This document shows positions 29,640 through 39,641 of a stretch of 64,000 nucleotides of DNA, piece after piece; within the stretch, counting starts at the first letter, position 1, and each line of letters begins with the position of its first letter. A program made the position numbers and the translations under genes. The notes under the pieces are model-generated. The model was given only the letters and a program-made list of their open reading frames with translations. It was not told the DNA's origin and did no database searches. The stretch comes from Polyangiaceae bacterium. GTDB taxonomy: Bacteria > Myxococcota_A > Polyangia > Polyangiales > Polyangiaceae. Location: contig JBNKBE010000010.1 of assembly GCA_050287085.1 (NCBI GenBank), forward strand, positions 32,001 to 96,000, given 5' to 3'.

Positions 29640-30740
29640 TTGCCGGACGTAGTTGATGTGGGCGTTTCTGTGGTGGTGCCCACCTACCGAGAGGTGCTCA
29701 ATCTTCCCCTTCTGTTGCCTCGTTTGGCCGAAGTCCGGAAGACGAGTCAACTCGACCTCGAAGTGCTGATCATGGATGACTCCAGCCGTGATGGTTCAGC
29801 CGAGGCGGTTGCTGAACTCGGTCTGCCGTGGGTGCGTTTCGTCGAGCGAACGTCCAATCGCGGGCTCAGTCCGGCAGTGGTCGACGGTCTGCGCTTGTCG
29901 AGCAAAGAGTACGTGGTGGTGATGGACGCGGATCTAAGCCACCCCGCAGAAAAGATCCCCGAGCTGCTCGCGCTGCTCCAGCGCGGTCGAGACTTTGCGA
30001 TTGGGTCGCGCTATGTTGCGGGTGGAACAACCGACGACGATTGGGGGCTATTTCGGTGGCTCAACAGCCGCATAGCGACGCTTCTGTGCCGTCCGTTGAC
30101 CTCTGCATTAGACCCTATGGCGGGTTTCTTCGCGATGCGCCGCGATGACATTCATTTCGAGCTGCTCAATCCGATCGGCTACAAGATCGGCCTAGAGCTC
30201 ATCGTCAAGTGCGGGCTTCGTGTGGTCGGGGAGGTGCCCATCCATTTTACCGACCGGACCCTAGGCGAGAGCAAGCTCAGTCTGAGGGAGCAGCTCAAGT
30301 ATCTGCAGCATCTTCGCCGGCTCTACATATTTCGATTTGGCACCTGGTCGGAGTTTGTGCAGTTCGCGATGGTTGGCACGAGCGGTGTGGTCGTCAATCT
30401 GGTGGTGCTTTCCCTCCTGCTGTGGGCTGGTCTTGAGCGTGACGTCGCGATTGCGCTAGCCATTGCTGTGAGCATGGTGACTAACTTCGGTCTCAATCGA
30501 CGTTTCACCTTCAGCTATGCGCGGTCTGATAGCATCATCAAGCAGTTCTTCGGCTTCGTCTCGGCATCCGCGGTGGGTGCGGCCATCAACTACCTATCGA
30601 CGCTGGGAATTCTAAGCTTGTGGCCCACCCTTTGGGTACAGCTGGCGGCCCTCGGTGGGGTGTTGATGGGGCTTGGCTTCAATTTCGTTGCCAATCGCTT
30701 TCTCGTTTTCAGGAAGCGACACATACGTCCTCGCGACTAG
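29640..30740 (+). CDS. GT2 polyprenol-phosphate glycosyltransferase (DPM1/GtrB-like) fused to a GtrA flippase domain
   Basis: VVVPTY.E..N, DD.S.DG, MDADLSHP, GSRY, DPM.GFF, GESKL, then QF..VG..G..VN and NF..NR GtrA helices. Start approximate (TTG 29640). Confidence 0.9.
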   Translation: MPDVVDVGVSVVVPTYREVLNLPLLLPRLAEVRKTSQLDLEVLIMDDSSRDGSAEAVAELGLPWVRFVERTSNRGLSPAVVDGLRLSSKEYVVVMDADLSHPAEKIPELLALLQRGRDFAIGSRYVAGGTTDDDWGLFRWLNSRIATLLCRPLTSALDPMAGFFAMRRDDIHFELLNPIGYKIGLELIVKCGLRVVGEVPIHFTDRTLGESKLSLREQLKYLQHLRRLYIFRFGTWSEFVQFAMVGTSGVVVNLVVLSLLLWAGLERDVAIALAIAVSMVTNFGLNRRFTFSYARSDSIIKQFFGFVSASAVGAAINYLSTLGILSLWPTLWVQLAALGGVLMGLGFNFVANRFLVFRKRHIRPRD

Positions 30741-30773
30741 CGGGGGAAGTCGGACGCAGAGGAGCAACATCAT

Positions 30774-32075
30774 ATGAGCCCCAAACGCGAAGTAGTCGAG
30801 GTGATGATTGGACTCTTGCTAGGGGTGATCGGAGTCGCATTATCCCGAGTCGGCTTCGACGCATGGGGGGAGGATTTTGCGCCGCAGTACATGTCGGCGT
30901 GGATGGTCCGCGAGGGGCTGAACGTCTATGACTTTGCCGTCCAGACGGATGGCTACATGCGTCACATTGGGCATGTCACCACCTGGGCGCACTTCTATCC
31001 TCCGGCCGCTTCGGTGGCGGCCCTGCCAGCTACGCTCGTGCCCTACCCTATTGCGCGCGAGCTCTGGTTCGTCGTGGCTTACCTCGTGATGTTCGTTGGC
31101 GTGTGGCGCTTCTTGGAGGGCTATTTCCCGGCTTGGTCGCGTTCACGAAGGGTGCTCATCATTGGGGCCTTATGCTGCGCCGCAGCCATTCGATGGGGCT
31201 TCAAAGTGGCGCAGCCGGGGTCGATTGTTCTCGGCTTGTTCGGCTTGTTTCTGGTCGAAATTCGACGCGACAAGACGTTGGTGCCGCTGCTCTGCGGCGT
31301 TCTGGTGGTGTCATTCAAGGTGACGTTCGGACTGCCTTTTTTCCTCATCGCCGCAGCGCGGGGGCGATACACGATGGTGGCGTTCATGCTCTTCGTGTGG
31401 GGCGTTCTCAACATCGTGGGGTTGTGGGCGATGGGCGGGCCCGAGATCATCACGGATTACATGCACAACATGGCCGAGTTGGAACGACCCGACCAGCTCA
31501 ACTATCCTGACCCAAGAGGCGGCAATTCTCTGGCTCGCACGGACTGGCCGTATCTGCTCAATACCTTCGTTCCGAGTCTGAGCGTCAACAAGGTGATCGG
31601 TCACGTGCTGAGCGTCCTTGCCTTTTCGTGGCTCGGTTGGGAAGTATGGGCTCATCGCACCCTTGTTCGGGCCGGGTCCAAAGCCGTTGACATTGCGCTG
31701 GCGGCGAGCGCTACGGCGCTTTCGCTCTTGGTCGTATATCATCACCACTACGACATGAGTCTGCTGCTTCTGCCGCTCATCGCCATAGCGGGTAGCGCCG
31801 TGCACCGCCGACAGCCTGCTGCTTGGTGGTATATTCTTCCGGTGGTGGCCTACGCAGGGCTATATCCCTATGCGATAGGCGCTCGTGCGGCGACATGGGT
31901 GCTCGGCGTCGAGTACGGATTCGTCGCCAAAGCATTGGCTGTGTGTGTTTGTCTCTGTGCTTTTATCAGCTCCACATGGCTACTCCATGTGTTGCTGCGC
32001 GAGGAGAGCGCTGCGGCGTCACGCGCGCCTTCTGAAGTGCCCTTGTCGACAATCGGCGCGCGGTCACCTTCTTGA
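30774..32075 (+). CDS. GT-C superfamily (GT87/DUF2029-like) membrane glycosyltransferase
   Basis: DF...Y in the first loop, FYPP motif, multiple TM helices, YHHHYD; next to the polyprenol-P-sugar synthase. Confidence 0.7.
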   Translation: MSPKREVVEVMIGLLLGVIGVALSRVGFDAWGEDFAPQYMSAWMVREGLNVYDFAVQTDGYMRHIGHVTTWAHFYPPAASVAALPATLVPYPIARELWFVVAYLVMFVGVWRFLEGYFPAWSRSRRVLIIGALCCAAAIRWGFKVAQPGSIVLGLFGLFLVEIRRDKTLVPLLCGVLVVSFKVTFGLPFFLIAAARGRYTMVAFMLFVWGVLNIVGLWAMGGPEIITDYMHNMAELERPDQLNYPDPRGGNSLARTDWPYLLNTFVPSLSVNKVIGHVLSVLAFSWLGWEVWAHRTLVRAGSKAVDIALAASATALSLLVVYHHHYDMSLLLLPLIAIAGSAVHRRQPAAWWYILPVVAYAGLYPYAIGARAATWVLGVEYGFVAKALAVCVCLCAFISSTWLLHVLLREESAAASRAPSEVPLSTIGARSPS

Positions 32076-32085
32076 GTCGGGCCCG

Positions 32086-32823
32086 CTATCCATGCTCCAC
32101 CAGTTGTTCGATGTCTTGGATGGTGTTGCACGATGCGAACTGCTTCTGTTGCAGCACGACGTCGAAGCGTTCTTCGAGCTGTAGCATCACGTTGAGAGCG
32201 TTGAGGGACTCCCATTTGGGCAGCTCACTCAGGGGCGTTGCCGGATCTGGGACTTCAGCCATGCCAAGGGTTTCTGCGACCACCCCGGCCACGGTCTGGT
32301 CGGCATCGCTGTTGCCGCCGCGAATGCGGGCGGGCACGCCGCCGACCGTTGCGCCCGCGGGCACACGGCCGCTCACAACACTTCCGCTCTCCACCACGGC
32401 ACCGTCGCCAATTTCGCTGTCTCGCATGATGGTCACGCGTGTGCCGATAGTGACGTTCTGGCCGATGCGGATAGCCCCTGTTGCTCCAGCTGAGCCGCGG
32501 CGTCCCGCGACGTGAAAGTCGCTATCGTGGATGACGCAGAAGGGGCCGATGCGGGTGCCACTGCCCACAACGACTTCTTGCTTGCAAGAGATAGCGGCGC
32601 CGTAGGAGATCTTCACATCGTCGCCAAATGTCGCGGCAGCGTTGGGGCCCGTCACGATGTGCGATTCCGCTGGGCTAGAGCCGAGAAAGAAATCCGCACC
32701 AATCGTCAGTGAACCCGCATTGATGATTCGAGCCGAACCGCGCACCACCGCTCGTGGACCGACCCGATCGGCCTGCTGAAGCATGCGTTCGATGCTATTC
32801 GTTGAACGGCTGAAGTCAGGCAT
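32086..32823 (-). CDS. hexapeptide-repeat (LbH) acyltransferase fused to a C-terminal acyl carrier protein
   Basis: DSDFH, IG.NV.IG hexapeptides, GGVPAR, then ACP-like [19 protein letters not shown]. Confidence 0.8.
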   Translation of the reverse strand: MPDFSRSTNSIERMLQQADRVGPRAVVRGSARIINAGSLTIGADFFLGSSPAESHIVTGPNAAATFGDDVKISYGAAISCKQEVVVGSGTRIGPFCVIHDSDFHVAGRRGSAGATGAIRIGQNVTIGTRVTIMRDSEIGDGAVVESGSVVSGRVPAGATVGGVPARIRGGNSDADQTVAGVVAETLGMAEVPDPATPLSELPKWESLNALNVMLQLEERFDVVLQQKQFASCNTIQDIEQLVEHG

Positions 32824-35158
32824 GCGCAGCCCACTCTACGGTAACAGCGTCGGGACGCTCATATTCGGCTTCATTGATATTCCAGCGGAAGGTGACGTCG
32901 TCGCTCGTTGCAAGACCGGAACGCTTGAAGAACCCGAGACAAGGCATATTCTTCTTGGTAGCGGCGTACTCCGCTAGCAGGCGTGAGGCACCCATATCAC
33001 GCGCCACACAAGTGGCGACGTGCAGCAGTGTTTCCTCCACCTTTCGGCCCATGACGCGACAACTGAGGACGTAGTCCGTCAGCGTTGCTTCTTCGCCATT
33101 GCAGGTCATTCCGATGAGACCGGTGAGGCCGGAATCTCCAAATTTATCAGATACCGAGAATGTCAGAAAAACGTTGGCGGGCTCAGCGGCCCAGGTAACC
33201 AGTTCACTCTCCGTCATTCTACGAGTGCGGAGGTTCATCTGGTTGGTCTTGTTGAGCAGCTGTGCGGCTCGTGCTGTATTCGATGGGTTGAGCCGCTCCA
33301 CGCGGACCTTGATGCCCAAGGTTGCGAGCCAATCGTCCAGGGAGCCCACCGCACTCTGCGACTCCTCACGCATCCGCTCCTGGCGGTAGAGTTCGGTGCG
33401 TTCGGCGTCTTCACGACTCAAGCTGCTAGCATCGAAGCAGGTGAGGCGAGCAAAGGCGCGCGGGTACTCCACTTGGTCTTTGGGCCAGTCGGGCACGTAG
33501 ACCTCCGGAAGTGCTTCGCGAACGCGGCCTCGTTCAACGGGGTTGTCGTCGATGAACACGACCGACTGCAATCCGAGGTTCAGTTCTTTAGTGAGCTCGG
33601 CGATGTTTCGGGCTTTGTCTTGCCAGTTGATGCGCCAGCCGACGAAGTCCGCTTCGCGTAGCACCATCTCGGGATGATTGCCGATCGCTTCGAGCGCGAC
33701 GGACTCTTCGTTCTTGCTTACGATGGCGAGCAATACTCCTCGTGCCTTCAGGCGACGGATTGCCTTTTGGAATGCCACCAGTGCTTCACCGACGGCGTCG
33801 TGGCCTCCGAGCTGTAGGTTTTCCCAGCCGAGATCACCGACGATGCCTCCCCACAACGTGTCGTCAAGATCGAGCACGAGCAGCTTCTTACTTTGACCGC
33901 CAACGGCCGCCATCGCGGCGCGAATGTCACTTGCGGCAGCTTGAAGAACCTTCGGCGGAAACGCGATCTTGCCTAGAAACCAAGGTCGTGGGCTGCCCTC
34001 ACCACCGACGCTCTGCCACCGCGATGCGTCGAGCACGAAGGCGTTGGGCACGTCTTCGAGGTTGCTCATCAGCCGTTCGTTCAATCGCGCAAGGACGCGG
34101 GCGTGGCCCCCCTTCTTGAGGTTGAGCACGCCCAGTCCGCGCTCCCAGGGCGGTAGAGTCCAAGTTGCGACCAATACAGCCTTGTAGCCCTCACAGGCTT
34201 TGCGGATGAGCGCGCAGAAGTCGTCCACCTCTTGTTCTAGCGTCGACGGCTGCTTCAGCTCAAGCTGCTCTAGCCAGGACGGCAAGGCACTTTCCGGACG
34301 CGTCCAGACGAGCGCGAAATCCTTCCAGGGCGCGGTCGGGGGCGTCAGCAAGGTTTGCGCAACCTGCCCAAACGGTGCGATCTGTGTCCCTAGAGCTGGG
34401 CCAGAGATGTTCGCTGAAAGCAGCGGTTGGGCGAGCTCGTCGATCGTCCAGTCGGCGATCAACACACCCGAGAAGTCTGGTACCACATCTGGAGCTGGTT
34501 CCGAGCGGACCACGGGAGCGGGAGCCGTTGCCTCCTCGAGCGTCGCTCCCAGCTCTTCGGCTTCACCCACCGGTTTGAGCACGCGCGCGGGGATACCCCC
34601 CGCGAGCATGCGCGGCGGGATGTCTTCAGTGACGATGCTGCCGGCGGCGATGACCGCGCCGTCACCGATCGTAACTCCCGGCATGACGGTGACGCGGCCT
34701 GCGATCCACACGTCGTCGCCGATCACGATGGGAGCGCCTTCCGTACCCTCCCACGTTGCTGACTCGGGCACGGGGGTATCGGACACGATCGAATGCTGTC
34801 CGATCATCACTCGGTGGCCGATCTGAACGCGCTTAGCCGCAGCCAGCACCACTCCAAAGTTGAGCCACGTGTCGTCGCCCACCGAGAGCGAGCCCCGCTG
34901 ACCCACGAGGATTTCTACGGGCAGCGAAGTCCCGCGGACGTAGAAGCCCGAGCCAAAGCGAGCGCTTCCTTGCACGTCCAATTCGAGGTCTCCTGCCAGG
35001 CGAGCTCCGGCTCCTACGTCGTAGTTTCGCAGGGCGGTCTTGGCGCGCACCGTCTCGCTGAGCAGGGTGACGCCCTTGGACACACGCTCGTTGACGCTGA
35101 GATGCGAATCTCGTTCGAGCCCCCGAGTCACCTTCGCCCAAAGTCCTCGATCCGTCAT
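32816..35158 (-). CDS. fkbH: LbH acyltransferase fused to FkbH (HAD-IIIC phosphatase plus GNAT-like domain)
   Basis: N-terminal IGDDVWI...[63 protein letters not shown]. Confidence 0.88.
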   Translation of the reverse strand: MTDRGLWAKVTRGLERDSHLSVNERVSKGVTLLSETVRAKTALRNYDVGAGARLAGDLELDVQGSARFGSGFYVRGTSLPVEILVGQRGSLSVGDDTWLNFGVVLAAAKRVQIGHRVMIGQHSIVSDTPVPESATWEGTEGAPIVIGDDVWIAGRVTVMPGVTIGDGAVIAAGSIVTEDIPPRMLAGGIPARVLKPVGEAEELGATLEEATAPAPVVRSEPAPDVVPDFSGVLIADWTIDELAQPLLSANISGPALGTQIAPFGQVAQTLLTPPTAPWKDFALVWTRPESALPSWLEQLELKQPSTLEQEVDDFCALIRKACEGYKAVLVATWTLPPWERGLGVLNLKKGGHARVLARLNERLMSNLEDVPNAFVLDASRWQSVGGEGSPRPWFLGKIAFPPKVLQAAASDIRAAMAAVGGQSKKLLVLDLDDTLWGGIVGDLGWENLQLGGHDAVGEALVAFQKAIRRLKARGVLLAIVSKNEESVALEAIGNHPEMVLREADFVGWRINWQDKARNIAELTKELNLGLQSVVFIDDNPVERGRVREALPEVYVPDWPKDQVEYPRAFARLTCFDASSLSREDAERTELYRQERMREESQSAVGSLDDWLATLGIKVRVERLNPSNTARAAQLLNKTNQMNLRTRRMTESELVTWAAEPANVFLTFSVSDKFGDSGLTGLIGMTCNGEEATLTDYVLSCRVMGRKVEETLLHVATCVARDMGASRLLAEYAATKKNMPCLGFFKRSGLATSDDVTFRWNINEAEYERPDAVTVEWAAHA

Positions 35159-35326
35159 GGGCTAGGCCTACAACTGCCGGCTATCCCCGGCAATGGCTAT
35201 GTCCATCGCGGGCCGCTACTGGCCAGCCAGAACGGGGCGGCACCGCTCCGATGAGAACGCGTGGCTCGTGGGCCGAGTTCGGGGCTTACAGGAGCTCACA
35301 AGCCCTGCGCTGGCTGAGGTGCGCAA

Positions 35327-36550
35327 CTACGGCGAGGCTGCCAAGCAGGGTATCGGTTGATGCGCGAACGCGAGCGCGTCCAACCAGTACTGCAGCGGGT
35401 CGTCGTTGCTTGGGGCGGAGCCAAAGCCGAGACGCCAGAACGAGCCATCGTAGAAGGGGGACCAGTGCTCTGGGGCGTCCGATTTCCAGGTGGTGTCGTT
35501 GCCGAGCAAGGCTGGAATCTCTACCCCATCGATGGCTACGGAATACTCTTCGTTTGGGTGGCTCGTATCGGCGTCGTCTTGGTGGTCTCCAAAGGCTCGT
35601 ATTTGAACGCAGAACCACTTGCCAGCGGAAAGCGAATCACGGGCCTCGAACCACTGAAGACCGCGGTCCAAGCCGCGCGAGAATGCGTTGGTCGAAAGCT
35701 CGCCATGGATGGTCCCGAACGCGACCTGATCTCCATAAGGGTCCCACTGGTCTCCACCCCCTACGGTTGTGAGAAAGTAGGGATGGGCACCAGGAAATGT
35801 AAAATCCTGCAAGCGCATGTAGAAGCGAACGTAGATTTCGTCGTCTGGCGCTGGAAGCGGCTCTTTGAGCTGGATTGTCGTCGGGGGCTCTGAGCCGTAT
35901 TCTCCACCCCACTGCAACAACAGGGACGACTTGCCTTCGATGGCGTTCTGGTCATCGATCACGAAGTGGTCCGATTGGGTATCGGCTTCCTTGCCTCGAT
36001 TTCGAGCCCAATAATCCAGTATATCCCATTGCGCGACGTCGACCTCGTCACCCTCGAAGCCGTCACAGAAGAATGCATACTCTGGACAGGCGATGTCTGT
36101 TCCGTCGGTGGTTGGACTGCCGCCGGGGGTGTTGTCGTCGGGCTTGTTGTCGTCGGGCTGTGTGGGGGGGTCGTCGTCCGGGGTCACGCCGGCTTCGTCC
36201 GAAGGCATCTCGCCGCCAGCCGTGTCATCGGCGTCGCCGCTGGCCCCCCCTTTTGCGTCGGGCTCCCCCCCGCCCGCAGCGCCCGCATTGTTCTTGGGGG
36301 CGCCCCCGTCGCGGGAGCTACCGTGGTCCACCGCGGGACTGCTTTGCCCGCTCGTGTCGCTATCATCGGCAGCCTCAAGACTGCCAGATTTGCAACCAAG
36401 CGCTGCGCTGAGAACGACAAGCGCTGCGCCGAGAACGACAGGCGCTGCGCTGGGAACGACAGGCGCTGCGCTGGGAACGACAGGCGCTGCGCTGGGAACG
36501 ACAGGCACTGCGCTGGGAACGCGGAGTGGAACGGTGCGTCGCAACTTCAT
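35327..36550 (-). CDS. secreted lipoprotein with acidic linker and beta-sandwich (LamG/polysaccharide-lyase-like) domain
   Basis: Lipobox ALGC, C...FCDGFE, YVRFY, GKWFCVQ, WLD..A...PIPC. Confidence 0.6.
   Translation of the reverse strand: MKLRRTVPLRVPSAVPVVPSAAPVVPSAAPVVPSAAPVVLGAALVVLSAALGCKSGSLEAADDSDTSGQSSPAVDHGSSRDGGAPKNNAGAAGGGEPDAKGGASGDADDTAGGEMPSDEAGVTPDDDPPTQPDDNKPDDNTPGGSPTTDGTDIACPEYAFFCDGFEGDEVDVAQWDILDYWARNRGKEADTQSDHFVIDDQNAIEGKSSLLLQWGGEYGSEPPTTIQLKEPLPAPDDEIYVRFYMRLQDFTFPGAHPYFLTTVGGGDQWDPYGDQVAFGTIHGELSTNAFSRGLDRGLQWFEARDSLSAGKWFCVQIRAFGDHQDDADTSHPNEEYSVAIDGVEIPALLGNDTTWKSDAPEHWSPFYDGSFWRLGFGSAPSNDDPLQYWLDALAFAHQPIPCLAASP
36398..36521. repeat. coding tandem repeat, 21 bp x about 6 (consensus AGGCGCTGCGCTGGGAACGAC)
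   Basis: Six adjacent units read directly; encode SAAPVVP repeats on the minus strand. Confidence 0.95.
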
Positions 36551-36691
36551 GAGCTCGATGAGGTATAGCTGAGAAATGCCGACTGCGCTCGCAGGGTCGT
36601 TGGCTGAGGGCGGCGCTCTGCTTCTGTACTCGCGCGTCCACCTCGCGGCGGTCTCGACCGGATCGCGACGGACTTGCCCATCCGTGGGCCT

Positions 36692-37987
36692 CTAGCGGTC
36701 GTACTTGCTGATCGCGTAGTCCAGCACCTTGTTGCCGCAGTCGAAGGTCGAGATCAAGAAGGTGTCGCGACCTGGTGCGTAGCTGAAGTAGCGAGGATTG
36801 AACGGAAATGGCGGTGTGAGTAGGATCCAATCCCCGCTTTCGTCCACGACGGCAACGCCTTCAGAAGTGGCCGCCGCAGGTCGTCCTTCTTTGAGCATGA
36901 CAATCGGCGCCTGGAGCACCCAGCCGGCGTTGGGGGCGAGGGTATCCCAGGTTTCACCGTCGTCATCGCTGCGCAATACCGTCTTGTTGCGGGCACCCCA
37001 CCACAAGGTGCCACTGTCGTCGCGGATCGGTCTGCCATAGGGAGACACATCGCTCACCTCCGTCCAGGACTCGCCGGCGTCCGTGCTGCGCAGGACGGCA
37101 CCGGCTCCCTGGTAGTCTTGGGCGCCTAGCAGGTAGGTTTCCGCGTCGATGATGAAAGGCATTGCAGAGGCGCCATATTCCGCAGGGATGCGGTCGCCGA
37201 TCGCCTCCCAAGTTTCACCACCGTCGGTGGTGCGCCACAACGCACGCGGCGTTTCGTGGCCCCCGGCGAGGATCGTCTGCCGCTCTGGGTCGGAGAAGTC
37301 TATGCTGATGAAATCATTGTGCTTGACGCTTCCCGTCCGCTGAAAGGTGTCACCGTCGTCCGTGCTCTGGTAGACGCCCTGGTCCCCATAGATTCCGTTT
37401 AGCCAGAAGGTGGACGGCTCATCTGGGTCGAACGTGAGCGCGTTGGGACGGTGTGTCACCATGTCGCCGCTGGCGCCCTGTCCTAATTGCGTCCAGCTCT
37501 CGCCGCCGTCCCGGCTCTCCCATAGGCCGTGCAGTGCGACTCCAGCAAAGAGGCGGTCTTCCCAGGGGCTGCCATCCACGAAGGTCAGGTTGCCGCACTC
37601 CGACTGCATCCCCGCTAGATTGCTCGTGACGTTCATCCATTCGCTGGTGACTGCGTCGTCGATTGGGACGTCGTCCGGCGTGCTGTTGTCGGAACCCGCG
37701 TCGCTGCCGGAGCTACCGTCGCTATCGGAATTGCCCTTGCCGCCGGAGCTACCATCGTTGCCGGAATCAGCGTCACTATCTGAGCCATGGTCGTCCGCTG
37801 TACTCCTGGGGCTATCGGAACCAGCGTCACCGACTGACTTGTCCTTGCCGCTTGATTCATCGTCGTCCGCGGAATTCGGTTTGCGGCTTCCCGCGTCGGT
37901 ATCGGTGCTCGACTCGTCCTTTGCGTCGCTGCAGCCCAGCGTCCACGGCAGTAGGCTCGCGGCCAGTATCAATGCTACCTTCATCAT
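36692..37987 (-). CDS. BNR/Asp-box beta-propeller lipoprotein (sortilin/GH74-like fold)
   Basis: Lipobox TLGC, Asp/Ser linker, repeated S.DGG.SW Asp-boxes, NLAGMQSECGNL. Confidence 0.8.
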   Translation of the reverse strand: MMKVALILAASLLPWTLGCSDAKDESSTDTDAGSRKPNSADDDESSGKDKSVGDAGSDSPRSTADDHGSDSDADSGNDGSSGGKGNSDSDGSSGSDAGSDNSTPDDVPIDDAVTSEWMNVTSNLAGMQSECGNLTFVDGSPWEDRLFAGVALHGLWESRDGGESWTQLGQGASGDMVTHRPNALTFDPDEPSTFWLNGIYGDQGVYQSTDDGDTFQRTGSVKHNDFISIDFSDPERQTILAGGHETPRALWRTTDGGETWEAIGDRIPAEYGASAMPFIIDAETYLLGAQDYQGAGAVLRSTDAGESWTEVSDVSPYGRPIRDDSGTLWWGARNKTVLRSDDDGETWDTLAPNAGWVLQAPIVMLKEGRPAAATSEGVAVVDESGDWILLTPPFPFNPRYFSYAPGRDTFLISTFDCGNKVLDYAISKYDR

Positions 37988-38085
37988 GTTCTCCTGAAGC
38001 TTGGATGGTCGATTCCGAAATCCAGTGCTCGGGTGGGCCTCTCATGTCTACCCAAGGCCGATACTGCCCGAGCTCGTGTTTCGGC

Positions 38086-39216
38086 TTAACGATCGTAGAT
38101 CGCGATCGCGTCGTCGAGGACCTTCATTCCGCAGTCGAAATGCGACACGAGGAACGCGTCGCGGATTTCTGAATAGCGGAGATCGGACGGCTGAAATGGA
38201 AACTTGGGCGTGACGAGCGTCCAGGTCTCGCGGTCCGCATCCAGGAGTGCAACGCCCATGTTGGTCGCGACTCCTATTTGGTCCTCAACAAGGACGAGTC
38301 CGCGACCCAATACCCGGAGGTCGTCGGGGGGCTCGATCACATCCCAGGTGGCTCCATTATCGCCGCTGCGATAGAGCGCGGCCTGCCCGCTCCACCACAG
38401 ATCCCCCTGAAGATCGCGAATCGGACGACCGAGGGCGGGTGGCAGATCCAAGACGCGCTTCCATTTCAAGCCCCCGTTTTCACTGCGCAGAATGGCGCCT
38501 TCACCTTTCCACTCGTAGGCGCCCAGCAATACGACGTCCTTGTCGATGAGGAAAGGCACGGAGGAAGCCCCATAGGTGTCGGGGATTTTTTCACCCATCG
38601 TTTCCCATGTCTCCCCACCATCGAGGGTACGCCACAAGGCCTGAGGGGTCTCGTGGCCACCGGCAAAGATCAGCTGGCGGTCCGGGTCGGAGAAGTCTAC
38701 GGCGATGTAGTCATTGTGGCGAATATCACCGCGCCCGATGAACGTCTTGCCATCGTCTCGTGTCTCGTACACGCCGAGGCGTCCGTAGATGCCGTTGACC
38801 CAGAATGTCTTGTGGTCGTCGGGGTCAAAGGTCAGTGCGCTGGGGCGGAGTTCGATCGGCTCAGAGTTGCTGCCTTGGCCGAGTTGTTCCCAGGACTCGC
38901 CCCCGTCGGAGCTTTCCCAAAGACCGTGCAGTGCAACTCCAGCAAAGAGCCGATCCTCCCAAGGACTCGCGTCCACCAGCGTGAGATTGCCGCATTCGGA
39001 ATCCATACCCGCGAGGTTGCTCGTGATGTTGCGCCACTCGCTATCGAATGTCGCTTCTGCGGTGGGAGGCTCCTTGGAAGGCGTGCGGCCGGGAACGTCT
39101 CGAGTTCCAGCGCCCGCGCCGCCAAAGTCGTCGGGAACTGTCGTTTGCAGGCAACCGCTTGCCGACCCAAGTGCCCCTACCAGCCCGAAGAAGGACAATT
39201 TGCCAAGTACCCGCAT
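38086..39216 (-). CDS. BNR/Asp-box beta-propeller lipoprotein, paralog of the adjacent gene
   Basis: Lipobox ASGC, NLAGMDSECGNL, WEDRLFAGVALHGLWES shared verbatim with the neighbour, Asp-boxes. Confidence 0.8.
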   Translation of the reverse strand: MRVLGKLSFFGLVGALGSASGCLQTTVPDDFGGAGAGTRDVPGRTPSKEPPTAEATFDSEWRNITSNLAGMDSECGNLTLVDASPWEDRLFAGVALHGLWESSDGGESWEQLGQGSNSEPIELRPSALTFDPDDHKTFWVNGIYGRLGVYETRDDGKTFIGRGDIRHNDYIAVDFSDPDRQLIFAGGHETPQALWRTLDGGETWETMGEKIPDTYGASSVPFLIDKDVVLLGAYEWKGEGAILRSENGGLKWKRVLDLPPALGRPIRDLQGDLWWSGQAALYRSGDNGATWDVIEPPDDLRVLGRGLVLVEDQIGVATNMGVALLDADRETWTLVTPKFPFQPSDLRYSEIRDAFLVSHFDCGMKVLDDAIAIYDR

Positions 39217-39261
39217 CGCTGTCGCGAGTATACCTGTGGGACGGTGCGGGGCAAAGCCGTG

Positions 39262-39306
39262 CGGGAGCACAGCGGTCCGGGGGCACAGCGGTCCGGGAGC
39301 ACAGCG
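39262..39306. repeat. 16-bp direct repeat x about 2.8 (CGGGRGCACAGCGGTC) in a divergent intergenic region
   Basis: Units at 39262-39277, 39278-39293 and partial 39294-39306. Confidence 0.85.
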
Positions 39307-39641
39307 CGACGCGATGTACGCCCATCTCCTCCAAGTGGGCGGATGTCTTCACGCGTCGCGCGCAGTGCGCATTTCAGATGCGACGGGGCCGGGCCCAGGT
39401 CCACCTAGCCGCCCCGGAGTCAGAGCTCCCTCGGGCTTCGGTCGCATGGTTCCACACCTGGATTTTTTCACACTGGGGCGTCTCCTATACGGTAGGAGTG
39501 GCGCTGCATTTCCCGAAGTGAGAGCAGAATCTACAGAACCGAATTGGGATGTCGTGTAGTGCTTCCGGGTCTCCCGCTCAAGGTGACTGGCGCTACGCCG
39601 TACGGGACGTCATTATAGTGGTTCAACACGGCACTGGCACG

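Noticed and set aside
32086..35158. Polyketide methoxymalonyl or tetronate cluster
   Set aside because: No ketosynthase, FkbG/I/K-like or FabH-like genes in the window; the context is glycan biosynthesis.
36398..36521. CRISPR array or mobile-element end
   Set aside because: In-frame coding tandem repeat without spacers.
38278..39408. 376-aa plus-strand ORF
   Set aside because: Antisense shadow of the BNR propeller gene.
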